Below, one piece after another: positions 39,301 through 49,763 of a DNA stretch of 64,000 nucleotides; position 1 is the first letter of the stretch, and each line of letters begins with the position of its first letter. The notes beneath the pieces are model-generated. The model had not been told where the DNA came from. It made no database searches and saw nothing but the letters and a program-made list of their open reading frames with translations. The position numbers were made by a program, and so were the translations under genes. Source of the DNA: Chthoniobacterales bacterium (GTDB lineage: Bacteria; Verrucomicrobiota; Verrucomicrobiia; Chthoniobacterales; UBA10450); NCBI GenBank assembly GCA_046262735.1, contig JBHEMD010000216.1, positions 3,459 through 67,458 on the forward strand, written 5' to 3'.

Positions 39301-39634
39301 ATGGAATTTCAGCCAGGTTGAACCGCGCATTCCAAAACTTCGGGTCGATCCGCACCGCTTCGAACAACGCCGCTTCCGCTTTGTCGTAAATACCCTGCCG
39401 CATCAAAATGACGCCGCGCAAATTTTGCGACTCCGCCAGCTCCGGCTGGCGCGCATCGATGTCATCCAGTTCTTTTAACGCCTGCGGAAAATTACCAGCG
39501 TCGAAATCGCGGAAAGCCCTGCTGTACATCGCTTCCAGCTCCGATTTCGATGGCGCCACGTTGGTGGCTGCGAACGAACTGAAGACCAGAATGGTGACAA
39601 CCGCGATTTTTCGAATTCTCATACGGGCCTGCAT
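36365..39634 (-). CDS. 1089-aa bitopic protein: signal peptide, two TPR modules, Pro/Ala-rich linkers, one TM helix, C-terminal FEIA-repeat region
   Basis: TPR-like repeats lie at about aa 40-230 and 270-450. TM helix NWLAAALLLSGVLILGWLVAGAV. Five copies of an F-[EQ]-I-A motif are in the last 200 aa. Confidence 0.75.
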   Translation of the reverse strand: MQARMRIRKIAVVTILVFSSFAATNVAPSKSELEAMYSRAFRDFDAGNFPQALKELDDIDARQPELAESQNLRGVILMRQGIYDKAEAALFEAVRIDPKFWNARFNLAEIPFLRKDWVEARNRFQQLLASNVSDLEGEAAQLIQYKLLLTYLLEGKENMVDAILAKFELSPDTPAVHYANAAIALQHKNTKEANDWVAAAQKNFSPQLNKLFAESLYEVGWLEKPAGQARASLPLTTAAERAAKSKGFARSRFEQAQQALQQRDLAAARKFIDEADASDPNQAPIVNLRGEILMAQHQFAEAETAFKKALKIDPKFREAQFNLADIPFKQGDYPRARERFEALFQQTPGGDKNQAAQIIKFKIYMSLLMEGKESRAQKMMEQFQFTGDTPALYYAQAAWEFKHNNPTKATDWVASAKKIYSPALNNLFGDAFYDLGWAQAPTSVAAVRPASEAAAAMSTQNESVPAIEPSPIPGVAAVTSKPAEQAVASIKPSTQPITGMEATTSRAPEPAVIAAQSPAIAANQSIAAGTPARPEEMPAAPLRATAPTVETPAAPQEPIVAQSSPAVEPAATVAASTPATVLAPARVTESPRASTSGTARNWLAAALLLSGVLILGWLVAGAVRQRISSISIVRQATPAVGPRVDQSIATADKPMAVARNGLLGGPRRISLQLKASEPSLRRGVLALGKPGRPLTATAAPVPAAAEPIAPRRVEAVVPKIAPVDEPIVEQEPVAVPAAAAVAPAEVTSPAFDFVPVLDTAPVIPAVLEIVEPAEATVASVAEPWIQSESEPVQPVAEPWIQSALEPVEPVAEPWIHSEPEPIPQGQPIPYQVPVAAAEPVMPEILEPPVFTPEIFPEPSVAQTNPIVTMPDPIQIPTAPVVRTPAGPGAPQPAGAMHTAVQLTFTFEIASMQLTPTFKMGALQVRPTSKIVTMRLAAPQQPQPGMNLQVTFEIAKIQPTGGALGTLRLTPSQQQRPQPSGSSSFTVAGLQLVPNFEAAPVQLTPSQQGQAPVLVTAPFQIATVEFSPSFEIASIVLNSTSKQVAVQLPGAGPSSGEAAPMFEIANLQLTGSGELGMMQLNLIGQGPRRA
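37185..37300 (-). repeat. three tandem ~45-nt coding repeats inside the 1089-aa gene
   Basis: Encodes AEPWIQSESEPVQPV / AEPWIQSALEPVEPV / AEPWIHSEPEP. The DNA unit GATTGAATCCANGGTTCGGCCACGG recurs. Confidence 0.6.
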
Positions 39635-39750
39635 TACAACCTCTGGTCGCGAGGCGTGACAAGCCTAAAATTTGAGTCGGGCATCAACGTTTTTCCCAAA
39701 CGGCTCCTAAGTAGCACGAAATGCGCCCGGAATCCAGTGGGAGCCACGCC

Positions 39751-40527
39751 TCATTCGTCGTTCAGTTTTGCCAAGATCCGCAGCCCTTCCAGCGTCAAAT
39801 CAGGCCGCACAACGTCAATCTCGCGCAGCTTCGCCGCAATCAAGTTCGCGTAGCCGCCAGTCGCGATAACGTGAACTTTGCGACGGGCGAATCGCTCCGC
39901 TTTGATCCGCGCGATGATCTCGGCAATCAACCCGCGATAACCCAAAACCGCCCCGGCTCGCATCGCTTCGATTGTCGATTTTCCAATCGCGCGCCGCGGT
40001 TCCTTTAATGAAAGCTTCGGCAGGAGCGCAGTGCGTTGGTAAAGAAAATTCGTCATCGCCTCGAGGCCCGGCGCGATCACGCCGCCGATATATTTTTTTT
40101 CTTCTGAAACGATGTCGAACGTCACTGCTGTGCCGAAGTCCACGACGATGGCCGGTGAGCCGTAGAGCGCGGCCACAGCTGCTGCGTTCGCCAGCCGATC
40201 GGCCCCGATCGTTTTCGGTTTCGGATAATCGATGCCGACGCCAAGTCTCAGTTTCGACCCAATCCAGAGCACCCTGGTCCTGCCCATCGCTTTAATCACC
40301 TCGCGATTTTTCCCCGGCACCACGGACGCAAGCACTACAGTGTCGATCTTACGCGACTGAACAAAACCATGGAGAAAGCGAGCGTTGAAACCAACGGTCG
40401 CGATACGCCGCGCCCGTCCAATTCGCGCCTGAGAGGAAAAGGCCAGTTTCGTGAACGAATTGCTGATATCGATCAGCAAATATTTACTCGCGCGTTCCAC
40501 CGACCCAATGCAGCCATGGAACCTCAC
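39751..40527 (-). CDS. coaX: type III pantothenate kinase
   Basis: LLIDISNSFTK (DxGNT-like), VVDFGTAVTFD, GGVIAPGL and ATGGYA motifs. The true start may be the GTG at 40500. Confidence 0.85.
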   Translation of the reverse strand: MRFHGCIGSVERASKYLLIDISNSFTKLAFSSQARIGRARRIATVGFNARFLHGFVQSRKIDTVVLASVVPGKNREVIKAMGRTRVLWIGSKLRLGVGIDYPKPKTIGADRLANAAAVAALYGSPAIVVDFGTAVTFDIVSEEKKYIGGVIAPGLEAMTNFLYQRTALLPKLSLKEPRRAIGKSTIEAMRAGAVLGYRGLIAEIIARIKAERFARRKVHVIATGGYANLIAAKLREIDVVRPDLTLEGLRILAKLNDE

Positions 40528-40585
40528 GGCGCGTCAAGCATGCGTCTCTCTTGCGACTGATCGTTGCTGCGCCTACGCTTCGTCC

Positions 40586-41572
40586 GTGCGAAGACTGCTC
40601 CACCGCCCGCGCCGTCTGCGACGCTCCCCTGCCCTGCGAAATCTCGTCCGCGAGACTAATCTCACCCCGCACGACTTCATCGCTCCCCTTTTTGTTAGTG
40701 CTAAGATCGATACACGCCGCGGAATCGACAGCATGCCGGGCGTTTTTCAGTTGTCGCTTAACGAAATTGCCGATGAAGCGCGCCGCGCGGAGGACGCCGG
40801 CCTGCAGGCGGTTTTGCTCTTTGGAATTCCGGAGAACAAAGACGAGCAAGCCAGCGGCGCTTACGCGGAAAACGGTGTCGTGCAAAATGCCGTCCGTGCG
40901 ATCAAGGAGAAAGCTCCCGATCTCGTCGTCATCACCGACGTCTGTCTCTGCGAGTATATGAGCCACGGCCATTGCGGCGTCACCCGCATCGACGGCGATC
41001 ATTTCCACGTGCTTAACGACGCGACTGTCGATCTTCTCGTCAAAACCGCGGTCTCGCACGCCGAGGCTGGCGCCGATCTCGTCGCGCCCAGCGACATGAT
41101 GGATGGGCGCATCGGCGCGATCCGCGAAGCGCTCGACGATCATGGCTTCGAGGAAACCGGGATCCTCAGTTACGCGGCAAAGTTTGCATCCGTGTTTTAC
41201 GGTCCATTCCGCGATGCTGCCGAAAGCCCGCCACAATTCGGCGATCGTCGTTCGTATCAAATGGACTTTGCGAACGCTGAGGAAGCGTTGCGCGAAATCG
41301 CCCTCGATATCGATGAAGGCGCAGACATCATAATGGTAAAACCGGCTCTGCCCTATATCGATATTCTCTGGCGCGTGAGGGAGAGCTTCGCCAGGCCGAC
41401 TGCGGTTTATCACGTCAGCGGCGAATACGCGATGGTCAAAGCCGCCGCCGAAAAAGGCGTTGTGGACGAACGCGCCGCCGTTCTCGAGATCATGACCGCA
41501 CTCAAACGCGCCGGCGCCGATATTATCGTCACCTATTGGGCGCGCGAATTGGCACAATGGACGCGGGAATAA
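40586..41572 (+). CDS. hemB: porphobilinogen synthase (delta-aminolevulinate dehydratase)
   Basis: RRLLHRPRRLRRSPALRNLV N-terminus. DVCLCEYMSHGHCG metal site. MVKPALPY active-site Lys. GTG 40586 gives the family-typical ~328 aa. Confidence 0.9.
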   Translation: MRRLLHRPRRLRRSPALRNLVRETNLTPHDFIAPLFVSAKIDTRRGIDSMPGVFQLSLNEIADEARRAEDAGLQAVLLFGIPENKDEQASGAYAENGVVQNAVRAIKEKAPDLVVITDVCLCEYMSHGHCGVTRIDGDHFHVLNDATVDLLVKTAVSHAEAGADLVAPSDMMDGRIGAIREALDDHGFEETGILSYAAKFASVFYGPFRDAAESPPQFGDRRSYQMDFANAEEALREIALDIDEGADIIMVKPALPYIDILWRVRESFARPTAVYHVSGEYAMVKAAAEKGVVDERAAVLEIMTALKRAGADIIVTYWARELAQWTRE

Positions 41573-42337
41573 TTCGCGCGCGCTGCGAAAGCGCCTTTGG
41601 AGTGTGCAGAGATGTCCGCGCTTTCGAAAGGGGCGACCTGTCACCGCACTCCAAAAACACGCCCTGCGAGACGCCGGCGCATGCGCGGCTGAAGCGCGCG
41701 GCAATGCTATGGGCGCAGGCGCACGGCTACTCGGCGTGCGCGCTCGAGCTCCGTCTGCCGAAATGCCGTTACCGCGTCGACCTAGCCGCCTATCGTCCCG
41801 ATCAAAATGGTGTGCGCTCGACGGCCGTCTTCGAGTGCAAACAAGCTCTGGTCGATCTTCGGCGCGACAATGGCTGCACTGAAGCCATTCGCCATCGGCT
41901 CGAAGAAGTTCACCAGCGCCGCGACGTTTTGGAAAAAAATCTGCGCGTTCATTACCCGCAGCTGCGCATTCCCGACTCGCTCTTTTCCGAGTTCGACTCG
42001 CACGATTTCGCCGCCATCAAACATCGCAGTTACAGTCGCGTCACGCGCGAGCTGTGCGCGCTGCAAAACCGCCTCTTTGATTGCACCAAGTTCGAAACAC
42101 TGGTCCGCTACCGCTGCGCCAATCTGTTCTACCTCGTTTTGCCGGAGGAATTGTTCCGCCCGTTTGAAATCCCGCTCGGCTGGGGCGCACTCATTGAATC
42201 AAATGGAGAGCTCGTTGTCGCCCGCAAACCGATCTGGCACGAGGCCCTCCCCGAAATGGGGTTGCGCTTCCTCGAACAAATCGCGGCGGCCGGCACGCGT
42301 ACCCTTAACCGACGATTGGAAATTAGTTTCGATCAGC

Positions 42338-42363
<26 letters not shown>
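41557..42363 (+). CDS. hypothetical PD-(D/E)XK-fold protein, MmcB-family-like
   Basis: RVDLAAY...AVFECKQALVDLRRD (D...ExK) followed by CANLFYLVLPEEL...PLGWGAL, reminiscent of MmcB DNA-repair proteins. Start uncertain. The 3' end overlaps gpmI convergently by 26 nt. Confidence 0.45.
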
Positions 42364-43897
<1,534 letters not shown>

Positions 43898-43992
43898 ACC
43901 TGCCGCACTCTGGCGACGATTACAAAGATCGACAAGTGCTTTCCGGTTGCAGCGTTTGCGACGGTCGCAGACCGCCGCTACAGGGGAAACAA

Positions 43993-45273
43993 ATGAAGTG
44001 GCGCAACCGATTGCTGGCGGTTTTTTGTCTGCTCGTCTTCGCCGCGCTCGGCGTGCTTTATTTCAAGCACTGGGTCGTCCAGAAACCGTTCGGAATAATT
44101 CTTTTCGTGGGCGAGGGACTCACACCGGCACGAATCGCGGTGACTCGCGTTTACGTTGGTGGCGCCGATGCGCATCTCGCGCTCGAGTCGATGCCCAATG
44201 TGGCCCTGCTCAAGAACTGTTCGAACGATTTCGCCGCGCCCGATCAAGCGGCCGCCGCGACGGCGCTGGCGACAGGAATGAGAGTCAACAATCGAACTGT
44301 CGGTGTGGACACAAACGGAAAAGCACTCGCGAGTCTTCTCGATCTGGCGCGGACCCGCGGCCGTCTCACCGGCCTGGTGACGGACGGCCGACTGACTGAT
44401 CCAACGAGCGCCGCCTTCTATGCGCACTTGGCCGATTCCGATAACGCCGAAAGCATCGCGCGCGACTTTGTCGATGGCGGAAAAATCGACGTGGCGATGG
44501 GCGGCGGCACCAGCGCGTTTGTCCCAAAGACGAAAGGCGGCGAACGACAAGATGACCGCGATCTTCTGCTCGAGCTGCGGCGAAGCGGCTTCGAGATCGT
44601 GCGGACACGCGCGGAGCTCGAAGCCGTTTCGACTTTCCGGCGCCCGAAGCTCTTCGGAGCTTTTGCCAATGCTGAGCTCGCATTTTTCAATCAAATCGAG
44701 CAGCGCAGCAACCAGCCAAGTCTTGCCGACATGGTGCGAAGGGCAATCGAGATGCTGCAATACAATCCCGGCGGCTATTTGCTCGTGGCCGATGCTGGTT
44801 TGATGCGGAAAGGTGCGCAAGAAAACAACGCGGAGCGAACACTGGGTGAAACAGTCGAATTGGACCGTGCGATCGGAACCGCGCAGCGTTACGCTGGGGT
44901 GAGATCGACGATCATCGTTTGCGGCGATGTCGCGATTGGCGGGCTGGCGCTAAATGGATTTCCATTCCGACATGACAGCGGCATCGCACTGTTGGGACTT
45001 AATCCTACGGGTGAACCGTGGATTACATGGGCAACCGGGCCAAAAGGAAAACGATCGATCAACCTGAGCGGTTGGGCGCTAAGTAATCGGCGCCGAAATA
45101 TTCGCGCTGCAAAACCAGACGCGGAATACCTGGAACCTGTCGCAGTTTACGCCGACTCGGCCTTGCACACGGTCGAAGATATGGCCGCACTTGGAACTGG
45201 ACCTGGCAGCGCGCGACTGCACGGGTACATCGACAACACGCAAGTTTTTCAAATTATTCGAGACGAACTGTGA
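43993..45273 (+). CDS. membrane-anchored alkaline-phosphatase-family homologue lacking catalytic residues
   Basis: PhoA-fold segments are retained (ILFVGEGLTPARIA, APDQAAAATALATGMRVNNRTVGV, ETVELDRAIG), but the nucleophile Ser and the Zn/Mg ligands are substituted. N-terminal TM helix. Confidence 0.8.
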   Translation: MKWRNRLLAVFCLLVFAALGVLYFKHWVVQKPFGIILFVGEGLTPARIAVTRVYVGGADAHLALESMPNVALLKNCSNDFAAPDQAAAATALATGMRVNNRTVGVDTNGKALASLLDLARTRGRLTGLVTDGRLTDPTSAAFYAHLADSDNAESIARDFVDGGKIDVAMGGGTSAFVPKTKGGERQDDRDLLLELRRSGFEIVRTRAELEAVSTFRRPKLFGAFANAELAFFNQIEQRSNQPSLADMVRRAIEMLQYNPGGYLLVADAGLMRKGAQENNAERTLGETVELDRAIGTAQRYAGVRSTIIVCGDVAIGGLALNGFPFRHDSGIALLGLNPTGEPWITWATGPKGKRSINLSGWALSNRRRNIRAAKPDAEYLEPVAVYADSALHTVEDMAALGTGPGSARLHGYIDNTQVFQIIRDEL

Positions 45274-45283
45274 AACGAAAAAA

Positions 45284-45313
45284 AGCCCGCCCGACGTTTC
45301 CGCGGGACGGGCT
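45284..45313. terminator. hairpin between convergent genes (bidirectional terminator candidate)
   Basis: AAAAAAGCCCGCCCG-acgtttccg-CGGGACGGGCTTCTT: an A-tract, then a stem with one mismatch, then a T-rich tail. Confidence 0.55.
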
Positions 45314-45330
45314 TCTTGGAGAGAGGTTGA

Positions 45331-46641
45331 TTACTCGCTGGTCGGTTGCACCAGCGGCACGAAGACGAACGGAGGCGGCTGCGGAAGTCCCGTGGGAGGA
45401 CCTTCGGCGGGCGGCCCTTCGGCTGGGATCTCTTTCCCATCCTTGCCGAGTCCCAAGTCTTTGCCTTCGCTCACGGTTTTGCCGTCAGACATAATACCTG
45501 TGCGGCTGCTGGCACTGGTATTCGCGGCAATCAAGCTTTTCGTGTTCTTACCAAAAGCCGAAATCTCAGCGACCGTGAATGCGGCATCCTCCCGAACCGT
45601 TGGCGTCCATTTGACCAGGATGTAACGGCCGGTCATCTCGGGGAAATCCACGGCAGCGCGCCCGGCGCCCTCGTCGAGAACCGATCCGACCGGCGTCAGG
45701 TTGGAGACTGTGCTCTCGCTCAGCCGCAACGACTCTGGTGCGGCTTGCGAACCGGGCAGCGACTGCAAAACGTAAAAGTCCACAGCCGCGTGTCGCGGCG
45801 AATAGAGCGCGGATATCCTTCGCAGTGTGGTAACTTTGCCCAGATCGACAATCGTTGCTGGCGTAGAATCAGCCGCAGCGAAAGTGTAGGTCGAGGCCGG
45901 TTGGCCATCGATCATGTTGTTGGCCTGCACGGGATCATCACCCGAACTGACGTAGAGCGCTCGGGACTTTGCATGCACGTCAGTCAGGCTGTACCTGATC
46001 AACCCAAACGTGTCGGATTTTTCTGTGGCAGTGAAATTCCGCGCACGCGGCATCGTGAAAGCAGAAAGTGCGGGCGTTGAATAAATGCCAAACCCGGCAA
46101 TTCGGCCATGCGTGGCGACGTCGAAGGTCAGGCGGACATATTTGGCTTCGGCCGGCCCGATCTTCGCTCGAAGAACACTCCCGGCCAGCTTCTGCTCAGA
46201 GACTTCACGCCACTGCGGGCTGTCGGCCGGCAGTTTGGCACTGGCGATCGCAATCTTCACGGCGCCCTTCGTGCCATGATTCAGGAACGAAATCGTGTCG
46301 ACGTTCTCGATCTTCGGAAATGAAATCAGCACGGTGGTGTTGCCGGCTGGCAAAGCGTAACCCACTGTCGGATCGTCACACAAAAGTGCTGCAACCGCGG
46401 TGTTGGTGTCGTCGGATTTCGAGCTGAGCCGCAAATCGGTGATTGCTGTACCGTTCGGTGCTTCCAGTGCTGCACCGTGATAATAGCGGGCAAGGTTTTC
46501 CGGATAGGCCGGCACTTGCGCGACTGTTATCGGCGGTACTTTTTGGAGTACCAAATCCGTGGCGAATGAGGATGCACAAATCAACGAAAGTGAGCAGATG
46601 AACCCGCACGTTTTGAGGAGCGAAGAAGTAGATGCACTCAT
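45331..46641 (-). CDS. secreted hypothetical protein with two internally similar beta-rich domains and a Pro-rich C-terminus
   Basis: Signal peptide MSASTSSLLKTCGFICSLSLICASSFA. No catalytic motif recognised. Confidence 0.6.
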   Translation of the reverse strand: MSASTSSLLKTCGFICSLSLICASSFATDLVLQKVPPITVAQVPAYPENLARYYHGAALEAPNGTAITDLRLSSKSDDTNTAVAALLCDDPTVGYALPAGNTTVLISFPKIENVDTISFLNHGTKGAVKIAIASAKLPADSPQWREVSEQKLAGSVLRAKIGPAEAKYVRLTFDVATHGRIAGFGIYSTPALSAFTMPRARNFTATEKSDTFGLIRYSLTDVHAKSRALYVSSGDDPVQANNMIDGQPASTYTFAAADSTPATIVDLGKVTTLRRISALYSPRHAAVDFYVLQSLPGSQAAPESLRLSESTVSNLTPVGSVLDEGAGRAAVDFPEMTGRYILVKWTPTVREDAAFTVAEISAFGKNTKSLIAANTSASSRTGIMSDGKTVSEGKDLGLGKDGKEIPAEGPPAEGPPTGLPQPPPFVFVPLVQPTSE

Positions 46642-46849
46642 ATAATTTCCATAGCTGCAAAAACGATGATAGGCGGTCGATTTTCTTTTGGCAATACAAA
46701 TCTTCTGCGCCCTCCCAACTTTTTCCGCGACCCAGATCGGCCGCGCTCGCGAGCTTGTCACGTCGCCTGGCGCCCGCCACGTTTGCGCCGCGCCGCCTTT
46801 TACGCGCAGCGCGGTACTAACTCACCCGGCCACGGTGACTATGACAGGC

Positions 46850-47491
46850 CTATTTTTCCGCGGCCGGCAGAGAGGCCAGAGTTTTTGCGTAGAGCGCGGC
46901 CGGCGTCGCGCGATACTTGTGAACGCCCGCATAAGCGTAGAAGGGAATATAAGCACGGCCGCGAAATCTGTCAGCCCGGCATGCGGCCCAATTGATTGTC
47001 GGATCCAAGACGTACGTGCCGCGTTCGGTCTCCCATTCGATCCAAGCGTGTGTCCTGCGACTGAGAATGGTCCGTTTGCCGATAACCAGCCGGACGCGTT
47101 CAGCCCCGTGAAGTTGCATCCGGTGATAAAGGGCAACCGCTTTGCCCTTGCAATCAGCAACCGGCGCGGTTTCCACCTCTTCGGGCGTTTTCCACTCGGA
47201 ACTAAAGCCGTACGGAATGGCACGGAGGTCTTCGATCCAGTGATTGATCAAAGCGAGCGACAGATTGTGGTTGGCAGAATCATTTATGGAGAGCAGCACA
47301 GGTGAAATTCGCGTCATCTGTCGATCGTAAGGGGTGGCATTGACCGGGAGATAAACGGATTCGGCGAGGCAGGAGAAGGAAAAGAGACAAACAAGGCCGA
47401 GAATGAAAGGCCAAAGTTTGCGAGCGGTAAAAGGGCGAATGCTTACAAGAATCATAGTAATTATGACTTCTATAAGCAGCGGGAATGCCAA
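46850..47491 (-). CDS. transglutaminase-like cysteine peptidase (BTLCP-like)
   Basis: Cys-His-Asp triad context: VADCKGKAVALY, THAWIEWE, YVLDPT. N-terminal signal/anchor. Confidence 0.7.
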   Translation of the reverse strand: MAFPLLIEVIITMILVSIRPFTARKLWPFILGLVCLFSFSCLAESVYLPVNATPYDRQMTRISPVLLSINDSANHNLSLALINHWIEDLRAIPYGFSSEWKTPEEVETAPVADCKGKAVALYHRMQLHGAERVRLVIGKRTILSRRTHAWIEWETERGTYVLDPTINWAACRADRFRGRAYIPFYAYAGVHKYRATPAALYAKTLASLPAAEK

Positions 47492-47653
47492 CTTTCAGCT
47501 TCATTTCCGCTGCCCTCCGCCCTCGCGCCCGGCGCGATACGCAGAAAAGTCAAAACTTGGCGTGCCGTAACCCGGACGGATCAGGCTAAGAAGGCGATCC
47601 CTTTTAGCAGCTGGGCGCGTGCGAGGAACTGCCGCTAAGAGCAAACCCATCGC

Positions 47654-49720
47654 TTAACGCAGCAGTTCGCGATAAGGGAATCCAGCCCGGTAGAACGACA
47701 GGTCTTGCTGAAGGTCCACGGCAAGTTCACGGTCATCCGCTGAGTTAGCCAGCTGTAAAGCGGCGCGCGCGATCTCTACCGCTTCACCGAAATGGCCATT
47801 CTCCGCGTGCGCCGCGGCAAGAGTGCGCAGGACTGTGGGATTTCGCCGGCCGGAGAGCTGATCGGCGCGGCGCGCTAATTCGAGTGCTTTGTCGCCGCGC
47901 CGTAGCGTGCCGTCAGGCGCTGTCGCCAGCAGCCAGGCAAGATTGTTCGCCGCTGGAATGGATTGTGGCGATATCTCCAGAGCTTTTTGGTACTCGGAGA
48001 TGGCATCGGCGATTCGGCCGTTTTGATCGAAAGCAATCGCGAGAACAGCGTGAGCATCGGCATGATTTGGCTGAATCGAAACCGCCGTCTGGCAATGGGG
48101 GATTGCCGCGCGGAACTCTCCCTTCTCAAGAAAAGCGCGGCCCAAGCCATAGTGAGCGAGGAAGTAGGAAGGCCGAATTGCCAATGCCCGTTGGTAGTGA
48201 GCAATCGCTTCGTCGCGCCGGCCGCTCTCGAGAAGCGCGTTTGCCAGCGCCACGTGGGTATCAGGGTCGTTCGGCTGAAGGGTCAGAGCTTTCTCGCAAT
48301 GAACGAGTGCCTGATCAATCTCGCCCTTACCCAGAAGAGCGTTGCCGAGGTTATACTCGGCATCTCCGAAGGTGGGCTGAAGTTGGAGCGTGGTGCGGTA
48401 ATGCGAAATGGCTTCGTCGAGTTGCCCTTTTTGAAAGAGAACAATGCCCAAATTGTTGTGAGCCATCCAGCAATCGGGATTTGCCGCCAATGTTGTACGC
48501 CAGAGCGCTTCGATATTCGCGTACATCCTGCTCTGCTGCCACGTGAGCAGGGCCAGCACCATCGCAACAAGCAGACCGGCCCCATACGCCAGGCGGCAGG
48601 AATACCTCGTGGCCGCGGCCAGCGTAGTCCAGCCGGCCGAGATTAGCGCAATCGGCCCGATACACGCCAGATATTGGTAGTGATCGGCGACAAAGGTATA
48701 GCGAAACGTGTAGAGCATGATGAATCCCAGCACCGGAGCGAGGGTCGCTATGAAAAACAGGGCCGCGACTGCCACGCCGCGCCCAAGCCGCTGACGTCCA
48801 AGATAAATGAGCGCACAGGTGCCGACGCAGGCGAGGACCCAGCCATAACTCAGCGGGTCGGCCGGCGCGATTTGCCAGCGCGGATAAATGAACGTCAGGT
48901 TCGCTGGCCAAATTAATTTCCATAGATAGAACCACCCCGCTCGGCTCGCCACGAGAACACGCTCGACGGGACCGAGAAAGGGAAAGATCGCCCGGCTGGT
49001 GCCCTGATGGTATCGCTCCCACCAAATGGTCAAAATTCCCATCGCCAGTCCGAGCAAAACGAATGGCGCCACCTGGAGAAGCCGTTGCCAATTGATTGAT
49101 TTTTTTTGCCACCACAGCGCCAAAAGGAGGGCCGCCGGCAAAGTGCAGGCGGTTGTCTTGGCTGAGAGCGCGAGGGCGTAACAACTCAATGCCAACCCGT
49201 AGAAGAGCCAGCGGCGTTTTTGTGCTGAATCGACGAATGCGATCCAGCCGAGCGAGGCCAGTAGAAAGAAAAATCCCATCAGCACATTTTTCCGCTCGGT
49301 GATCCATGCGACCGACTCGACCTGCACGGGGTGCAGGGCAAAAAAAGCGGCCGCCAGTGCCGCCCCGGAAACTTTCAATTTCGCCAGTAGTCGCCAGAGA
49401 AGGAGCGCATTCGCCACGTGCAGTATGAGGTTGGTCCAGTGATAGCCCGTGGGATTAAGGCCCCACAAGGCGCGCTCCACGCGAAACGTGGTGTAGACAA
49501 GCGGAAAATATTGCGACGGCGAGTCGAACGAGAACCAAATCCGCCGCAACCCATCCGCGGCAGTGAGCAACTCATTGTTGACCACGTACGCATCGTCGTC
49601 CCAAATGAAGCCGCCGCGCCAAGCCGGCTGGTACGCGCATACGGTTACTCCCGCCAGGACCAGCGCATAAACGCAGGCGCGGGCGCGGCTCAGGGCGCGG
49701 CGTTCGGAAATTGCGTGCAC
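47654..49720 (-). CDS. GT-C-fold membrane glycosyltransferase-like domain fused to TPR repeats (TMTC-like), paralogue 1
   Basis: FIWDDDAYVVNN first-loop acidic motif and about 10 TM helices, then about 8 TPR repeats. Confidence 0.8.
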   Translation of the reverse strand: MHAISERRALSRARACVYALVLAGVTVCAYQPAWRGGFIWDDDAYVVNNELLTAADGLRRIWFSFDSPSQYFPLVYTTFRVERALWGLNPTGYHWTNLILHVANALLLWRLLAKLKVSGAALAAAFFALHPVQVESVAWITERKNVLMGFFFLLASLGWIAFVDSAQKRRWLFYGLALSCYALALSAKTTACTLPAALLLALWWQKKSINWQRLLQVAPFVLLGLAMGILTIWWERYHQGTSRAIFPFLGPVERVLVASRAGWFYLWKLIWPANLTFIYPRWQIAPADPLSYGWVLACVGTCALIYLGRQRLGRGVAVAALFFIATLAPVLGFIMLYTFRYTFVADHYQYLACIGPIALISAGWTTLAAATRYSCRLAYGAGLLVAMVLALLTWQQSRMYANIEALWRTTLAANPDCWMAHNNLGIVLFQKGQLDEAISHYRTTLQLQPTFGDAEYNLGNALLGKGEIDQALVHCEKALTLQPNDPDTHVALANALLESGRRDEAIAHYQRALAIRPSYFLAHYGLGRAFLEKGEFRAAIPHCQTAVSIQPNHADAHAVLAIAFDQNGRIADAISEYQKALEISPQSIPAANNLAWLLATAPDGTLRRGDKALELARRADQLSGRRNPTVLRTLAAAHAENGHFGEAVEIARAALQLANSADDRELAVDLQQDLSFYRAGFPYRELLR

Positions 49721-49763
49721 AACAGCTCCTGGTTTAGATGATCGTTATTCCTAACGCACCTCG

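Noticed and set aside
40484-41704. 406-aa ORF antisense to hemB. Similar long antisense ORFs occur at 16388-17569, 31446-32486, 12090-13055, 5926-6762, 48351-49307, 33503-34138 and 43978-44820.
   Set aside because: Each lies fully inside a gene with strong family motifs on the other strand. Their products are Arg/Ala/Gly-rich and low in complexity. Such shadow ORFs are expected in GC-rich DNA.
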